From NCBI GenBank assembly GCA_041666205.1, contig JBAYHI010000002.1:64725-128724 (forward strand): DNA of 64,000 bases, written 5' to 3'. Below the pieces are notes generated by a model, which saw only the letters and a list, made by a program, of their open reading frames with translations, was not told the origin of the DNA and made no database searches. This DNA is from Patescibacteria group bacterium (GTDB lineage Bacteria > Patescibacteriota > Patescibacteriia > UBA9934). This document shows positions 12,231 to 20,932 of this stretch, piece after piece (positions within the stretch are counted from its first letter, which is position 1; every line of letters begins with the position of its first letter). Position numbers and translations under genes: made by a program.

Positions 12231-12265
12231 ACTATTTCGTTCCCTGTTTTATTATTTTCCATTTC

Positions 12266-12721
12266 CGTCATCCTGAGCGATAGCGAAGGATCTCACGACA
12301 ATTCTTCAAATAGGTCTTTCCAATCAGGATTCTGTGAGTTGATAAGTTCAATCTTCTTTTGTCGTTTCCATCCTTTTATTCTTTTTTCTTCCTCAATGGC
12401 AGTCGTCGGATTTCCGCAAGAGTCAAAATAAACGAGCTTCGTTACATTGTATTTTTGCGTGAATCCAGGAATCTTTTTCGCTTTATGCTCCTGAATCCGA
12501 CGGAATAAACTATTTGTGACGCCCGTATATAAAACCGTATGAGCTGGATTTGTCAGAATATAGACGAAGAACTCACGCATATCTTGGGATCCTTCACTTC
12601 GTTCAGGATGACGGCAGAAAGGAATAAGTTTGTTGCTCATCTTTTTCGTCATTCTGAGCGCAGCGAAGAATCTCTCGATAATTATCTTGAGATCCATTCG
12701 GCATTCGGCCTCAGGATGACG
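12266..12721 (-). mobile_element. GIY-YIG mini-element copy 1 (inverted-repeat-bounded nuclease gene plus composite hairpin)
   Basis: 3' IR GTCATCCTGAGCGATAGCGAAGGATCTC (12266-12294) covers the stop codon. 5' IR GTCATCCTGAACGAAGTGAAGGATCC (12587-12612, minus sense) ends 5 nt before the ATG. Hairpin element CGTCATTCTGAG...CTCAGGATGACG at 12647-12721. Near-identical copy at 54065-54527. Confidence 0.65.
12293..12580 (-). CDS. GIY-YIG family nuclease (95 aa)
   Basis: FVYILTN...LYTGVTN...RR..EH GIY-YIG core. Start at MREFFVYIL; the longer track ORF reads through the repeat (RHPERSEGS). Confidence 0.8.
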   Translation of the reverse strand: MREFFVYILTNPAHTVLYTGVTNSLFRRIQEHKAKKIPGFTQKYNVTKLVYFDSCGNPTTAIEEEKRIKGWKRQKKIELINSQNPDWKDLFEELS

Positions 12722-12735
12722 AAATAGAAATAACC

Positions 12736-12812
12736 TGGTGTGGCGTGTGGGATTTGAACCCACAACCTTCAGCTTCGGAAGCTGACACTCTATCCAGCTG
12801 AGCTAACGCCAC
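12736..12812 (-). tRNA. tRNA-Arg (anticodon CCG)
   Basis: Cloverleaf folded by hand: acceptor GTGGCGT/ACGCCAC, anticodon stem TCAGC/GCTGA with loop TTCCGAA, T-loop GGTTCAAATCC, CCA encoded. Confidence 0.85.
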
Positions 12813-12817
12813 CTAAA

Positions 12818-13018
12818 TTACATCCCGAGATATTTCAAGACCTCAAAAACCATGAATGCAGGCCAAACAATGGCTTTCAAAAATCCTAATACACCAAGCC
12901 AGAATGTTGTGGCAGTTGAAATGAAATAAATTGCAGCGCCAATGAACCCGAGGCCGTATACAGCTCCTCCGCCACAATTTTTACCCATATGATGACAGTG
13001 ACATTGTTCTTTTGACAT
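12818..13018 (-). CDS. small membrane protein with N-terminal Cys/His cluster
   Basis: 66 aa; CHCHHMGKNCGGG followed by two predicted TM helices. Confidence 0.4.
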   Translation of the reverse strand: MSKEQCHCHHMGKNCGGGAVYGLGFIGAAIYFISTATTFWLGVLGFLKAIVWPAFMVFEVLKYLGM

Positions 13019-13029
13019 AGAAACAAATA

Positions 13030-14829
13030 TTACGAACGTTTGAGAACTTGTAAATACGCTTCACTTGGAATGTGAACCTTCCCTTTGCCCATTTCGAGCA
13101 TTTTCTTTTTCCCTTTCTTTTGCTTCTCGAGCAATTTATTTTTTCGCGTGACGTCGCCACCGTAGAGTTTTGCGGTCACATCTTTTCGAAGCGCAGTAAT
13201 ACGATCAGCCGCGACAATATGACCACCAATCGCTGCCTGTAATTTGATAACGAATTGCACTTTCGGGATTGAGTTCTTCAAGGACTCCACAATTCTTCGC
13301 CCGATTTTTTCTGCGTCATCGCGATACGCAAACGTCGCCAGTGCTTCGACTTCTTCATCGGCAACCAAAATATCCAAGCGCACAATATCGGCTTGGCGAT
13401 ATTCAAACACCTCGTAGTCCATGGACCCAAATCCACTGGTAATACTCTTGAGGCGATCATGAAAATCCACAATAAGCGATGAAAGCGGAATCTCGTAGCG
13501 CAAAATCGCGCGACCTTCAGAAAGGAATTCCGTTGTCTTGTAGATGCCACGACGCTCTTGCACAAAGGTCATGATATTTCCAATGTAGTCCGCTGGCGTG
13601 ATGATATCGACATGTGCCCACGGTTCCTCAATGCGCTCCAAATGCGACGGATCTGGAAGTTCAATCGGACTTTTAATAACTTCTGACTCCGAGTGACCGG
13701 TACGCACAATGTGATAGGCAACCGACGGCGTGGTCACGATGAGCTCAAGCCCAAACTCGCGCTCGAGACGCTCTTTTAAAATCTCAAGGTGGAGTAAACC
13801 AAGAAGCCCGCAACGGAAACCGTAACCAAGCGCAGGACTATGTTCTGGATCATACGAAAGCGCAGCGTCATTGAGTTTGAGTTTTTCCATGGCATCGCGC
13901 AATGCCGAATAGGTGCCTCCATCCGTTGGGAAAATCCCAGCAAAGACCATTGGCACAACTTCGCGGTATCCCGCCAGTGGCAAAACCTGTGCGCCCTGGA
14001 GCGTAACCGTGTCACCAACGCGACACGCGGCGATATCTTTAAATCCCGTGACCACATAGCCAATCTGACCGGTTGTGAGCGTTTCTTCTGGAAAATGTTT
14101 TGGATTGAGCGCACCCACTTCTAAGACTTCGGATTCCGCTTTGGTATTGAGCATGCGAATGAACGATCGCTTCGAGAGCGCACCGTCAAAGACACGAACG
14201 TAAGCAACTACGCCACGATAATCGTCGTATTGCGAATCAAAAATCAAACCGCGAAGTGGCGCATGCGCATCGCCTTTTGGCGCAGGAATACGATCAATCA
14301 CGGCGTCGAGCACATCTTCCACGTGCTCACCGGTTTTTGCAGACACACAAATCACCTCTTCTTCTTTGCACCCAATGAGGCCAATGAGTTCTTTCATGCG
14401 CGTTGGCACATCGGCCGCAGGAAGATCGATTTTATTGAGCACCGGAATAATTTCCAAACCTTGCTCAATTGCCAAATATAAATTTCCAATCGTTTGTGCT
14501 TGAACGCCTTGCGTTGCATCAACCAAAAGCACCGCACCTTCAACGGCAGCGAGTGATCGGGAAACTTCGTAGGTAAAATCCACGTGCCCAGGCGTATCAA
14601 TCAAATTGAGCACATATTCGACACCGTCTTTTTTATGCTTCATGCGAACCGGTGTGAGCTTGATGGTAATTCCGCGCTCGCGCTCCAAATCCATGGAGTC
14701 CAAAAGTTGCTCTTGCATTTCGCGTCGCTGCACGGTGCCGGTCTTTTCAAGCAAACGATCGGCCAAGGTGGATTTCCCATGGTCGATGTGCGCGATAATG
14801 CAAAAATTTCGAATGCGATTTTGATCCAT
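13030..14829 (-). CDS. lepA: elongation factor 4
   Basis: GTPase G1 AHIDHGKST and LepA C-terminal region, 599 aa. Confidence 0.9.
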   Translation of the reverse strand: MDQNRIRNFCIIAHIDHGKSTLADRLLEKTGTVQRREMQEQLLDSMDLERERGITIKLTPVRMKHKKDGVEYVLNLIDTPGHVDFTYEVSRSLAAVEGAVLLVDATQGVQAQTIGNLYLAIEQGLEIIPVLNKIDLPAADVPTRMKELIGLIGCKEEEVICVSAKTGEHVEDVLDAVIDRIPAPKGDAHAPLRGLIFDSQYDDYRGVVAYVRVFDGALSKRSFIRMLNTKAESEVLEVGALNPKHFPEETLTTGQIGYVVTGFKDIAACRVGDTVTLQGAQVLPLAGYREVVPMVFAGIFPTDGGTYSALRDAMEKLKLNDAALSYDPEHSPALGYGFRCGLLGLLHLEILKERLEREFGLELIVTTPSVAYHIVRTGHSESEVIKSPIELPDPSHLERIEEPWAHVDIITPADYIGNIMTFVQERRGIYKTTEFLSEGRAILRYEIPLSSLIVDFHDRLKSITSGFGSMDYEVFEYRQADIVRLDILVADEEVEALATFAYRDDAEKIGRRIVESLKNSIPKVQFVIKLQAAIGGHIVAADRITALRKDVTAKLYGGDVTRKNKLLEKQKKGKKKMLEMGKGKVHIPSEAYLQVLKRS

Positions 14830-14833
14830 AGCG

Positions 14834-15964
14834 CTATGCTACCTTATTGTGGAGCGCCTTGTCGATAACAGCCGAACCCAGAAGTTCCTCTCCTTTTAAA
14901 TCGTAAAATGCAATGAATTGACCTGGCGCCACAGCGCGTTGAGCCTCATCGAATCGAATAACAACTTCCGGCTCGAGCGACTCGATGGTGCAAGCAATAA
15001 GTGGCTGACGGTAACGCAAACGCGCCAAGAGGGGCTCGCCAATGCGCAGCGCTCCCACATTCGTCTCGGAGAGGTTGATGGCGCTGGCAGATGACGCAAA
15101 CAGCGCCGCGTCCCCCTCGCGCGCAACAACAATTTCGTTTGTGCTCGGACGAATCTCAACCACAAACATGGGCTCGCCCCCACCAACCCCAAGGCCTTCG
15201 CGCTGACCAATGGTGTAATACGCAAATCCTTGATGTGTGCCAACAATTTCTCCTGTGGGCGTAACGATATTGCCAACCTGTGGAGGAATGCGTGTTTTCA
15301 AAAAATCCGTTAGCGACACTTTTCCAATAAAACAAATGCCTTGGCTATCTTTTTTCTCCGCGACAGCCAAGTTATGCTCGCGAGCAATTTCGCGCACGCG
15401 AGACTTCAGCAAATCGCCAACCGGGAAAAGACAATGCGCAAGTTGATCTTGCGTGAGCTGACACAAAAAATAACTTTGGTCTTTTGTGGGGTCGACTCCT
15501 GCAAGCAGGTGCGCGTTGCCGCCTGCGTCGCGCACGAGGCGCGCATAGTGGCCGGTCGCAATGAATTCGCAGTTGAGTTTTTTTGCCTCACCCAGCAAGT
15601 AGCCAAACTTCATGTACTTATTGCAAAGCACGTCGGGGTTTGGGGTGCGACCGGCCTGATACTCGGCGATCATGTACTCAAACACTTCGGCGCGATATTC
15701 TTTTTCGAAATCAAATGTGTGAAGCTCAATTCCGAGCTCGGCGGCAACGCGCAGAGCGTCGCGGCGTTCCTCGTGCCAATCGCATTCGGTTGAATCGGTC
15801 CCATTGCTCCAGTTTTTCATGAACGCACCCACAACTTCATATCCAGCCTCCAATAACAAAACCGCCGCGACGCTCGAGTCGACCCCACCGCTCATTCCAA
15901 GTAAAACGCGTTGTTTTTGTGATTCCATGCGGGCAAGAATAGCGAATTCCAGCGGAAAAATCAA
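14834..15964 (-). CDS. mnmA: tRNA-specific 2-thiouridylase
   Basis: PP-loop SGGVDSSVAA and catalytic Cys region, 376 aa. Confidence 0.9.
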   Translation of the reverse strand: MIFPLEFAILARMESQKQRVLLGMSGGVDSSVAAVLLLEAGYEVVGAFMKNWSNGTDSTECDWHEERRDALRVAAELGIELHTFDFEKEYRAEVFEYMIAEYQAGRTPNPDVLCNKYMKFGYLLGEAKKLNCEFIATGHYARLVRDAGGNAHLLAGVDPTKDQSYFLCQLTQDQLAHCLFPVGDLLKSRVREIAREHNLAVAEKKDSQGICFIGKVSLTDFLKTRIPPQVGNIVTPTGEIVGTHQGFAYYTIGQREGLGVGGGEPMFVVEIRPSTNEIVVAREGDAALFASSASAINLSETNVGALRIGEPLLARLRYRQPLIACTIESLEPEVVIRFDEAQRAVAPGQFIAFYDLKGEELLGSAVIDKALHNKVA

Positions 15965-16039
15965 GAGTATTCAGCAATTCCGCGTTCCCGGACAGGGATT
16001 ATGTCGCGCTCGCCGAATTGGCGACACGCTCGCTTGGTT

Positions 16040-16089
16040 CGAATCCCTGATACAAAACAACCCCTCATAGCTCCAGCTTTGCTGGAGCG
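16040..16089 (-). terminator. intrinsic terminator downstream of tRNA-Gln
   Basis: Hairpin GCTCCAGC-AAAG-GCTGGAGC followed by a T-rich tract (TTGTTTTGTATC) on the minus strand. Confidence 0.5.
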
Positions 16090-16098
16090 ACGAGGGGT

Positions 16099-16172
16099 GG
16101 TTCCCGGACAGGGATTCGAACCCCGATTCCCAGGACCAAAACCTGGTGTCCTGCCCTTAGACGATCCGGGAT
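16099..16172 (-). tRNA. tRNA-Gln (anticodon TTG)
   Basis: Hand-folded: U1-A72 acceptor pair typical of bacterial tRNA-Gln, anticodon stem CCAGG/CCTGG with loop TTTTGGT, T-loop GGTTCGAATCC, CCA encoded. Confidence 0.8.
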
Positions 16173-16185
16173 CAATGTGCCAAGA

Positions 16186-16214
16186 CAATACCGATTTTTC
16201 TTGCCTTTGTCAAT
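16186..16214 (-). promoter_or_regulatory. sigma70-type promoter of tRNA-Gln (TTGACA-N17-TATTGT)
   Basis: Perfect -35 box, 17-nt spacer, -10 TATTGT about 13 nt before the tRNA 5' end; same architecture upstream of tRNA-Glu. Confidence 0.5.
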
Positions 16215-16218
16215 GCAC

Positions 16219-17865
16219 CTATACGACTTTCCCCCCAAACGCCTGAGCCAATTCATCCATATTTTCTTCCGGAGGTTTGGAATAAACGAGTGTGAGCACC
16301 ACTGGAGATTGCATCACCTCAGCAATTGATTCCGTGAGTATCTTCAAATTCCCCGGCTTATTCATGGTTTCAAAATGAAACTCGCGCGCAAAGCGAATAC
16401 AAAGTTTCCCAGCTTCATCAAACTTTTCTGGTTTTGATTCGTTAAGCGCCATTGGGAGCGCAATATTACGCGATCCCACGGCTTCACAGCATCGTCCCCA
16501 CTTCCCCTGGATTTCCTCGAGCGTAAACTCTGCCTTTCTATCTGGCGTCATCACGAGCTCGGCTTTTTTCTCTGGCATGCCTTTTTGAATAGGAATCGTT
16601 TTGAGTAGTGCTGGATTTGGTTCCATATCAAAAACCAAATCTTCTTCCTGCTCAATCACAGGCGCTGGTTGTGCCACCTGGACGGCTTGCTTTGGCGCTT
16701 CTTGCACGACTATTTTTTGCACAGGTGCCTCTGCCGCGCAGAACAACACAAATGCAATTTCGAGTGGCAATTCTGGAAATGGATCTGTTGCCGGGCGCGC
16801 TTTTGCCTGAAGAAGTAAATCTAAAAGTTTGAGACAGGCGGATTCGTTCATCTTTTTGGTGAGTCCTCGAATTTGCGTCATCGTGGCCTCGGGATAGCGA
16901 TCTTCGTGTGGCGCACCAATGAGTTCAAATAGAGTCATACGACAAAACTCCACCACTTCATCGAGCAGGTGACCCGGTACGCCGCCTTGCGACGTGAATG
17001 CGTGAAGCTCCTCGACTGCGCCTTTTGCATCACGATTGCCAAGCGCTTCAATTGTTCGTGACGCGGATTCAATGCACCCCATTGGAATCACAAGCGCGCC
17101 CATTTCTTTGGTGATCTTTTTCTCACCAAGAGCGAGCACTTGCCCGAGCAAGCTTTCTGCGTCGCGCATAGCGCCTTCGCTTGCACGTGCAATCGCATGC
17201 AGCACTTCATCGTCAACCTCAACCTCTTCTTTGCTAAGAATCTCTTTCATGCGCGCAATCATCTCCACGGGTCCGATGCGATGAAAATCAAATCGCTGAC
17301 AACGCGAAAGAATGGTTTCCGGAATCTTGTGCATTTCCGTTGTAGCGAGGATGAAAATTGCATGCGCTGGTGGCTCCTCGAGCGTTTTCAAAAGCGCATT
17401 AAACGACGAGGTGGAGAGCATGTGAACTTCATCGATGATGAACACTTTGTATTTTCCAGCCGTAGGAGCAAACCGGACCGCCTCGATGATGTTCTCGCGA
17501 ACACTATCCACCCCCGTATTTGTTGCTGCGTCGATTTCAATCACGTCGAGCGCTCGGCCAGCTTGAAAATCCACACAGTGCTGACACGCATTGCACGGCT
17601 CATATTCCCCTTCTTTGCGATCCGAACAATTCACGGCTTTAGCTAAAAGTCGCGCAAGCGTGGTTTTTCCAATTCCTCGCGGTCCAGAAAAAAGATAGGC
17701 ATGCGCGATGCGCCCAAGCTTAATCTCATTCTGGATTGTGTTTTTTATAAAATCTTGACCGGTCACGTCTGCAAAAACTGCTGGACGGTATTTTCGATAG
17801 ACTGCTTCATGTGCCATAGTACCCGGCATTTTACCCTTATCTACCGAGATTGACAAAAGAAGCAC
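16219..17865 (-). CDS. dnaX: DNA polymerase III subunit gamma/tau
   Basis: AAA+ Walker A GPRGIGKTT, zinc module CxxC, sensor motifs, 548 aa. Confidence 0.9.
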   Translation of the reverse strand: MLLLSISVDKGKMPGTMAHEAVYRKYRPAVFADVTGQDFIKNTIQNEIKLGRIAHAYLFSGPRGIGKTTLARLLAKAVNCSDRKEGEYEPCNACQHCVDFQAGRALDVIEIDAATNTGVDSVRENIIEAVRFAPTAGKYKVFIIDEVHMLSTSSFNALLKTLEEPPAHAIFILATTEMHKIPETILSRCQRFDFHRIGPVEMIARMKEILSKEEVEVDDEVLHAIARASEGAMRDAESLLGQVLALGEKKITKEMGALVIPMGCIESASRTIEALGNRDAKGAVEELHAFTSQGGVPGHLLDEVVEFCRMTLFELIGAPHEDRYPEATMTQIRGLTKKMNESACLKLLDLLLQAKARPATDPFPELPLEIAFVLFCAAEAPVQKIVVQEAPKQAVQVAQPAPVIEQEEDLVFDMEPNPALLKTIPIQKGMPEKKAELVMTPDRKAEFTLEEIQGKWGRCCEAVGSRNIALPMALNESKPEKFDEAGKLCIRFAREFHFETMNKPGNLKILTESIAEVMQSPVVLTLVYSKPPEENMDELAQAFGGKVV

Positions 17866-17928
17866 ATTGTCCTCAAAATAGGGTCAGTTCCTCAGCACTC
17901 CCCCAAAATCCCACCTACGGAGACGTCC

Positions 17929-18054
17929 ATGCACATCTCGGAACTACTGAATTTCATTGCGGGCGACCCCATGCTCGTGGTGGTCACCGTCTTCTTTGTC
18001 ATCGCACTCGCTGTCGCCGGCTTCTGCACGTTTTACCTCTTCAGGAGCAGGTAA
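17929..18054 (+). CDS. small hydrophobic peptide 1 (41 aa, single TM)
   Basis: MHISELLNFIAGDPMLVVVTVFFVIALAVAGFCTFYLFRSR; GGAG SD site; TTGACA box at about 17850. Followed by hairpin terminator 18079-18115 (CCGCCAACCAC-CTC-GTGGTCGGCGG plus T-tract). GC-rich. Below the track's length cutoff. Confidence 0.35.
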   Translation: MHISELLNFIAGDPMLVVVTVFFVIALAVAGFCTFYLFRSR

Positions 18055-18126
18055 CCCGTGCAGTTCGTCCGCCTAGGTCCGCCAACCACCTCGTGGTCGG
18101 CGGGCTTGTTTGTTTAGTGCAAAACA

Positions 18127-18154
18127 TTGACTTTTTCGCAATTTTCGATACAAT
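18127..18154 (+). promoter_or_regulatory. sigma70-type promoter TTGACT-N16-TACAAT for peptide 2
   Basis: Near-consensus boxes about 24 nt upstream of the GGAGG SD site and ATG at 18178. Confidence 0.45.
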
Positions 18155-18177
18155 CAGGGTGGATTTTGGAGGCGTCA

Positions 18178-18303
18178 ATGTCGTTTCTGCACGAGATTCC
18201 TGGATTCATCAACCACGGCGAATGGGTCTTCTACTTGGCACTCGTCGTCGTTGTTCTCGGCCTCATCTTCGGAGCAGTGCCACGTCAACTCATCGACGAG
18301 TGA
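18178..18303 (+). CDS. small hydrophobic peptide 2 (41 aa, single TM)
   Basis: MSFLHEIPGFINHGEWVFYLALVVVVLGLIFGAVPRQLIDE; GGAGG SD site 5 nt upstream; same size and architecture as peptide 1. Confidence 0.35.
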   Translation: MSFLHEIPGFINHGEWVFYLALVVVVLGLIFGAVPRQLIDE

Positions 18304-18359
18304 CATACGCGCTCTCGTTCCCTCGCTCGCCGTACCCCTTGAGGTCCGGCGGGCATATT

Positions 18360-18398
18360 TATTTAAAAAACAAAACGGGCAGACACATGGGTCTGCCC
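18360..18398 (-). terminator. intrinsic terminator of the 841-aa gene
   Basis: GGGCAGACCCATGTGTCTGCCC hairpin followed by TTTTGTTTTTT on the minus strand. Confidence 0.55.
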
Positions 18399-18406
18399 CT
18401 ACCAAT

Positions 18407-20932
18407 TTATCGACTCGGTGGAATTTCGGATGCAGGAATGGGTGCCGCATTTGGCACACCCGCGCCAATACCCGATCGCAGAGCAATTTCTTTTTCCACA
18501 ATTTCTTTTGACTTGCCGTATTTGAGGCGCGACATTTCCTTGAGCGCTTCCGCAAGTTTTGGATTTGGCTGATCAGGCGTGCCAACTTTGAGCGTGAATG
18601 GTTTCAACTGTGCCATGTCCACGACGATTTTTGCATTCCAGGTGTAATTATCCGTATTCATCAAATCATACGCACCAAAGGTTGGCTCAAATACTTTCGT
18701 AAATACCTCTGCATCTTCCGGACCAATACGCGCCACAAACATATTCCCGACGTTTCCTAGCACGGCATCGCGAATTTGCGTATCGTTATTTTTCACGAGC
18801 TGGCCCATGTACTGGTGCGCAAGCGTGAGGTTCAAGCGATACTTTCGAGCCTCAGACAAAATCGTGGCAATTGAGGGCGTAATAAAGTTTTGGAACTCAT
18901 CGATATAGAGGAAGAAATCACGACGCTGATCTTCTGGGAGTTCCGCACGCGAAAACGCGGCCATCTGCAATTTTGCAACCATGATGAGCCCGAGCAAGTT
19001 TGCGTTCACCTCACCTGTTTTTCCTTTTGACAAGTTCACAAGCAAAATCTTTCCTTCGTCCATGATCTGTCGGAAATCAAACGCAGATTTTGATTGCCCA
19101 ATGATATTTCGAATCATTTCGTTTTCCACAAATCGCCCAACTTTCGAAACCAAGTACCCCATCATTTCCGACTTGTGATAATCCGACGTCTTGGCCATTT
19201 CATCTTTCCAAAAACTCTGCACAACCGGATCAGTCACTTTAGCAACCCATTTTGCCTGGAAGGCGTCGTCTGCAATCATCCGCGGGATTTCGGCAATGGT
19301 TCCCAAATCATTCTGATCCGCCATGAGCGTGAGCATATAATTGCGCATGCTGTGCTCAAACATTGGGCCGATCATTTCTGGCGGGAATAACATGTAGAAA
19401 ATCGAGATCATTTCCTGCACAGCAAAATCTTTCATGCTCTCATTGGGTGCCTCGAGCATATTAAGACCCATCGGGCGATCGGTGTCGGACGGACAAAAAT
19501 AAATCACGTCGTCAATACGCTCTTTTGGAATCGTGCCCAAAATATCGTCCACCAAATCGCCGTGTGGATCGATTACGCAAACGCCTTTGCCCGCACGGAT
19601 ATCCTGCACGGCCATATAGCGCAAAAACCACGATTTCCCCGAACCGGTTTTTCCAATGAGATATGCATGGCGCTGACGATCTTTTTCCTTGATAAAAATT
19701 TCCGTGCGCTTCCCACGATAATCATTGTGACCCAAATGCAGCCCTTCGGTTGGCATGCCGGCTGGCGCCGGAGCCACACGTGCAAGCATCCAACGAATCG
19801 TTGGCGTTTCGGTTGTTGGGAGTGGTAAATGCCACAAGCTTGCCATTTCTTCGGTATTCAAAATACAGCGATGCTTCTCACTGAAATGACGGAAGATAAA
19901 ACTGCGAATGAGTTTTGCTTTTTGCGATGGAATCGCTTTTGCAAATGCATTCCCGAATTCATAAATATTGTATTGCGCAAACGCCTGCAAAATTTGGTTG
20001 AGGTTTGCTTGCGCCATATCAGCACTTTGCGAGGAAGAAATAAGACGGATATTCACTTCCATTCCCGCCTTACTGATTTTGTTTTCAATGCGTTTCACCA
20101 TTTCCTGCTCCCCTTGCGACATTTGGCGCACTTGCGGTTGTTGCTGTAATTCCTCAGGTTTTTTCGGGGCTTTTCCCCAAGCGAGCGATAGCCATCCTCC
20201 GCCTTCTTTTGAACCGCCTTTTGCTTCTTTATAGCTCATGCCCTTGTGCATGTTCGTTGCAATCTTTTGACCAGTCGATCGCCACCCCGATCCAGCAGGA
20301 CGCACAATATATTGCACAGCCATGCCATCGCCTTCGGAGACTTTAGAGAGCGCATTTGTCAGACCATTCAATGGATCAGATTCTGATTCCTTATACGTCT
20401 TGATTGGGAGCACGGCTTCTTTTTTGAGAGTAACATAGCCTCCCAAAATCGTGCCGGTTGGATGAAAAATATTATAATCTGGCACGGGTTGAGCCATGGC
20501 ATCGGGATATTGGGCATTGAGTTGTTGCTCTACAAATTGCTGCAAATATTCCGGCACCGTGAGGTAAAACGTGATGAGTTTTTGATGCGCCACCATTTCG
20601 AGCGCGATCTGATCGGTTCGCCCAAAGAGCCACGCATGCAATCCTTTTTGCGTTGGCAATCCCCCGATTGCCGCATAAAACGTTTCAGCAATCGAAATAC
20701 GCTCTTGTAATTTTTGCGTTCCCCCATCGCTTTTTGCTTCCTCTTCGGAAATAAACTTTGGCACGGTCACCATAAGGGTGACGTGCTTATTTTTGCCGTT
20801 TTGCATGGGAGGTTGACTGTGCAAAATTGCACGAAGCCCCCATAAAAATGCCACGAGAAGCCCGCCCAATACAACAAACAGAAGTACAAGGCTCAAGAGC
20901 GTATCAATTTCACCTAATCCAAATACGTTCAT
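18407..20932 (-). CDS. TraD/TrwB-type coupling-protein-like ATPase fused to a large N-terminal membrane-anchored domain (841 aa)
   Basis: N-terminal TM helix, roughly 400-aa domain homologous to ORF 38925..40517, then Walker A HAYLIGKTGSGKS, VIDPHGD motif, Walker B LYIDEFQNF, AHQYMGQL. Paralog of 37032..38921. Confidence 0.6.
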   Translation of the reverse strand: MNVFGLGEIDTLLSLVLLFVVLGGLLVAFLWGLRAILHSQPPMQNGKNKHVTLMVTVPKFISEEEAKSDGGTQKLQERISIAETFYAAIGGLPTQKGLHAWLFGRTDQIALEMVAHQKLITFYLTVPEYLQQFVEQQLNAQYPDAMAQPVPDYNIFHPTGTILGGYVTLKKEAVLPIKTYKESESDPLNGLTNALSKVSEGDGMAVQYIVRPAGSGWRSTGQKIATNMHKGMSYKEAKGGSKEGGGWLSLAWGKAPKKPEELQQQPQVRQMSQGEQEMVKRIENKISKAGMEVNIRLISSSQSADMAQANLNQILQAFAQYNIYEFGNAFAKAIPSQKAKLIRSFIFRHFSEKHRCILNTEEMASLWHLPLPTTETPTIRWMLARVAPAPAGMPTEGLHLGHNDYRGKRTEIFIKEKDRQRHAYLIGKTGSGKSWFLRYMAVQDIRAGKGVCVIDPHGDLVDDILGTIPKERIDDVIYFCPSDTDRPMGLNMLEAPNESMKDFAVQEMISIFYMLFPPEMIGPMFEHSMRNYMLTLMADQNDLGTIAEIPRMIADDAFQAKWVAKVTDPVVQSFWKDEMAKTSDYHKSEMMGYLVSKVGRFVENEMIRNIIGQSKSAFDFRQIMDEGKILLVNLSKGKTGEVNANLLGLIMVAKLQMAAFSRAELPEDQRRDFFLYIDEFQNFITPSIATILSEARKYRLNLTLAHQYMGQLVKNNDTQIRDAVLGNVGNMFVARIGPEDAEVFTKVFEPTFGAYDLMNTDNYTWNAKIVVDMAQLKPFTLKVGTPDQPNPKLAEALKEMSRLKYGKSKEIVEKEIALRSGIGAGVPNAAPIPASEIPPSR

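Noticed and set aside
15985-16060. Second tRNA (plus strand) suggested by GGTTCGAATCCC at about 16037
   Set aside because: No acceptable cloverleaf could be drawn by hand (no matching acceptor or anticodon stems). Treated as a tRNA-derived fragment or att-like remnant.
16563-16572. Possible dnaX -1 frameshift heptamer around GAG AAA AAA GCC
   Set aside because: The zero-frame context is G AAA AAA, not the A AAA AAG slippery site, and no downstream stem-loop was seen.
17850-18572. 240-aa plus-strand ORF from the track spanning the dnaX start, both small peptides and the end of the 841-aa gene
   Set aside because: Arg-rich low-complexity translation in a GC-rich segment. It overlaps two well-supported minus-strand genes and crosses a hairpin terminator. 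The two 41-aa ORFs with SD sites and promoters explain the region better.
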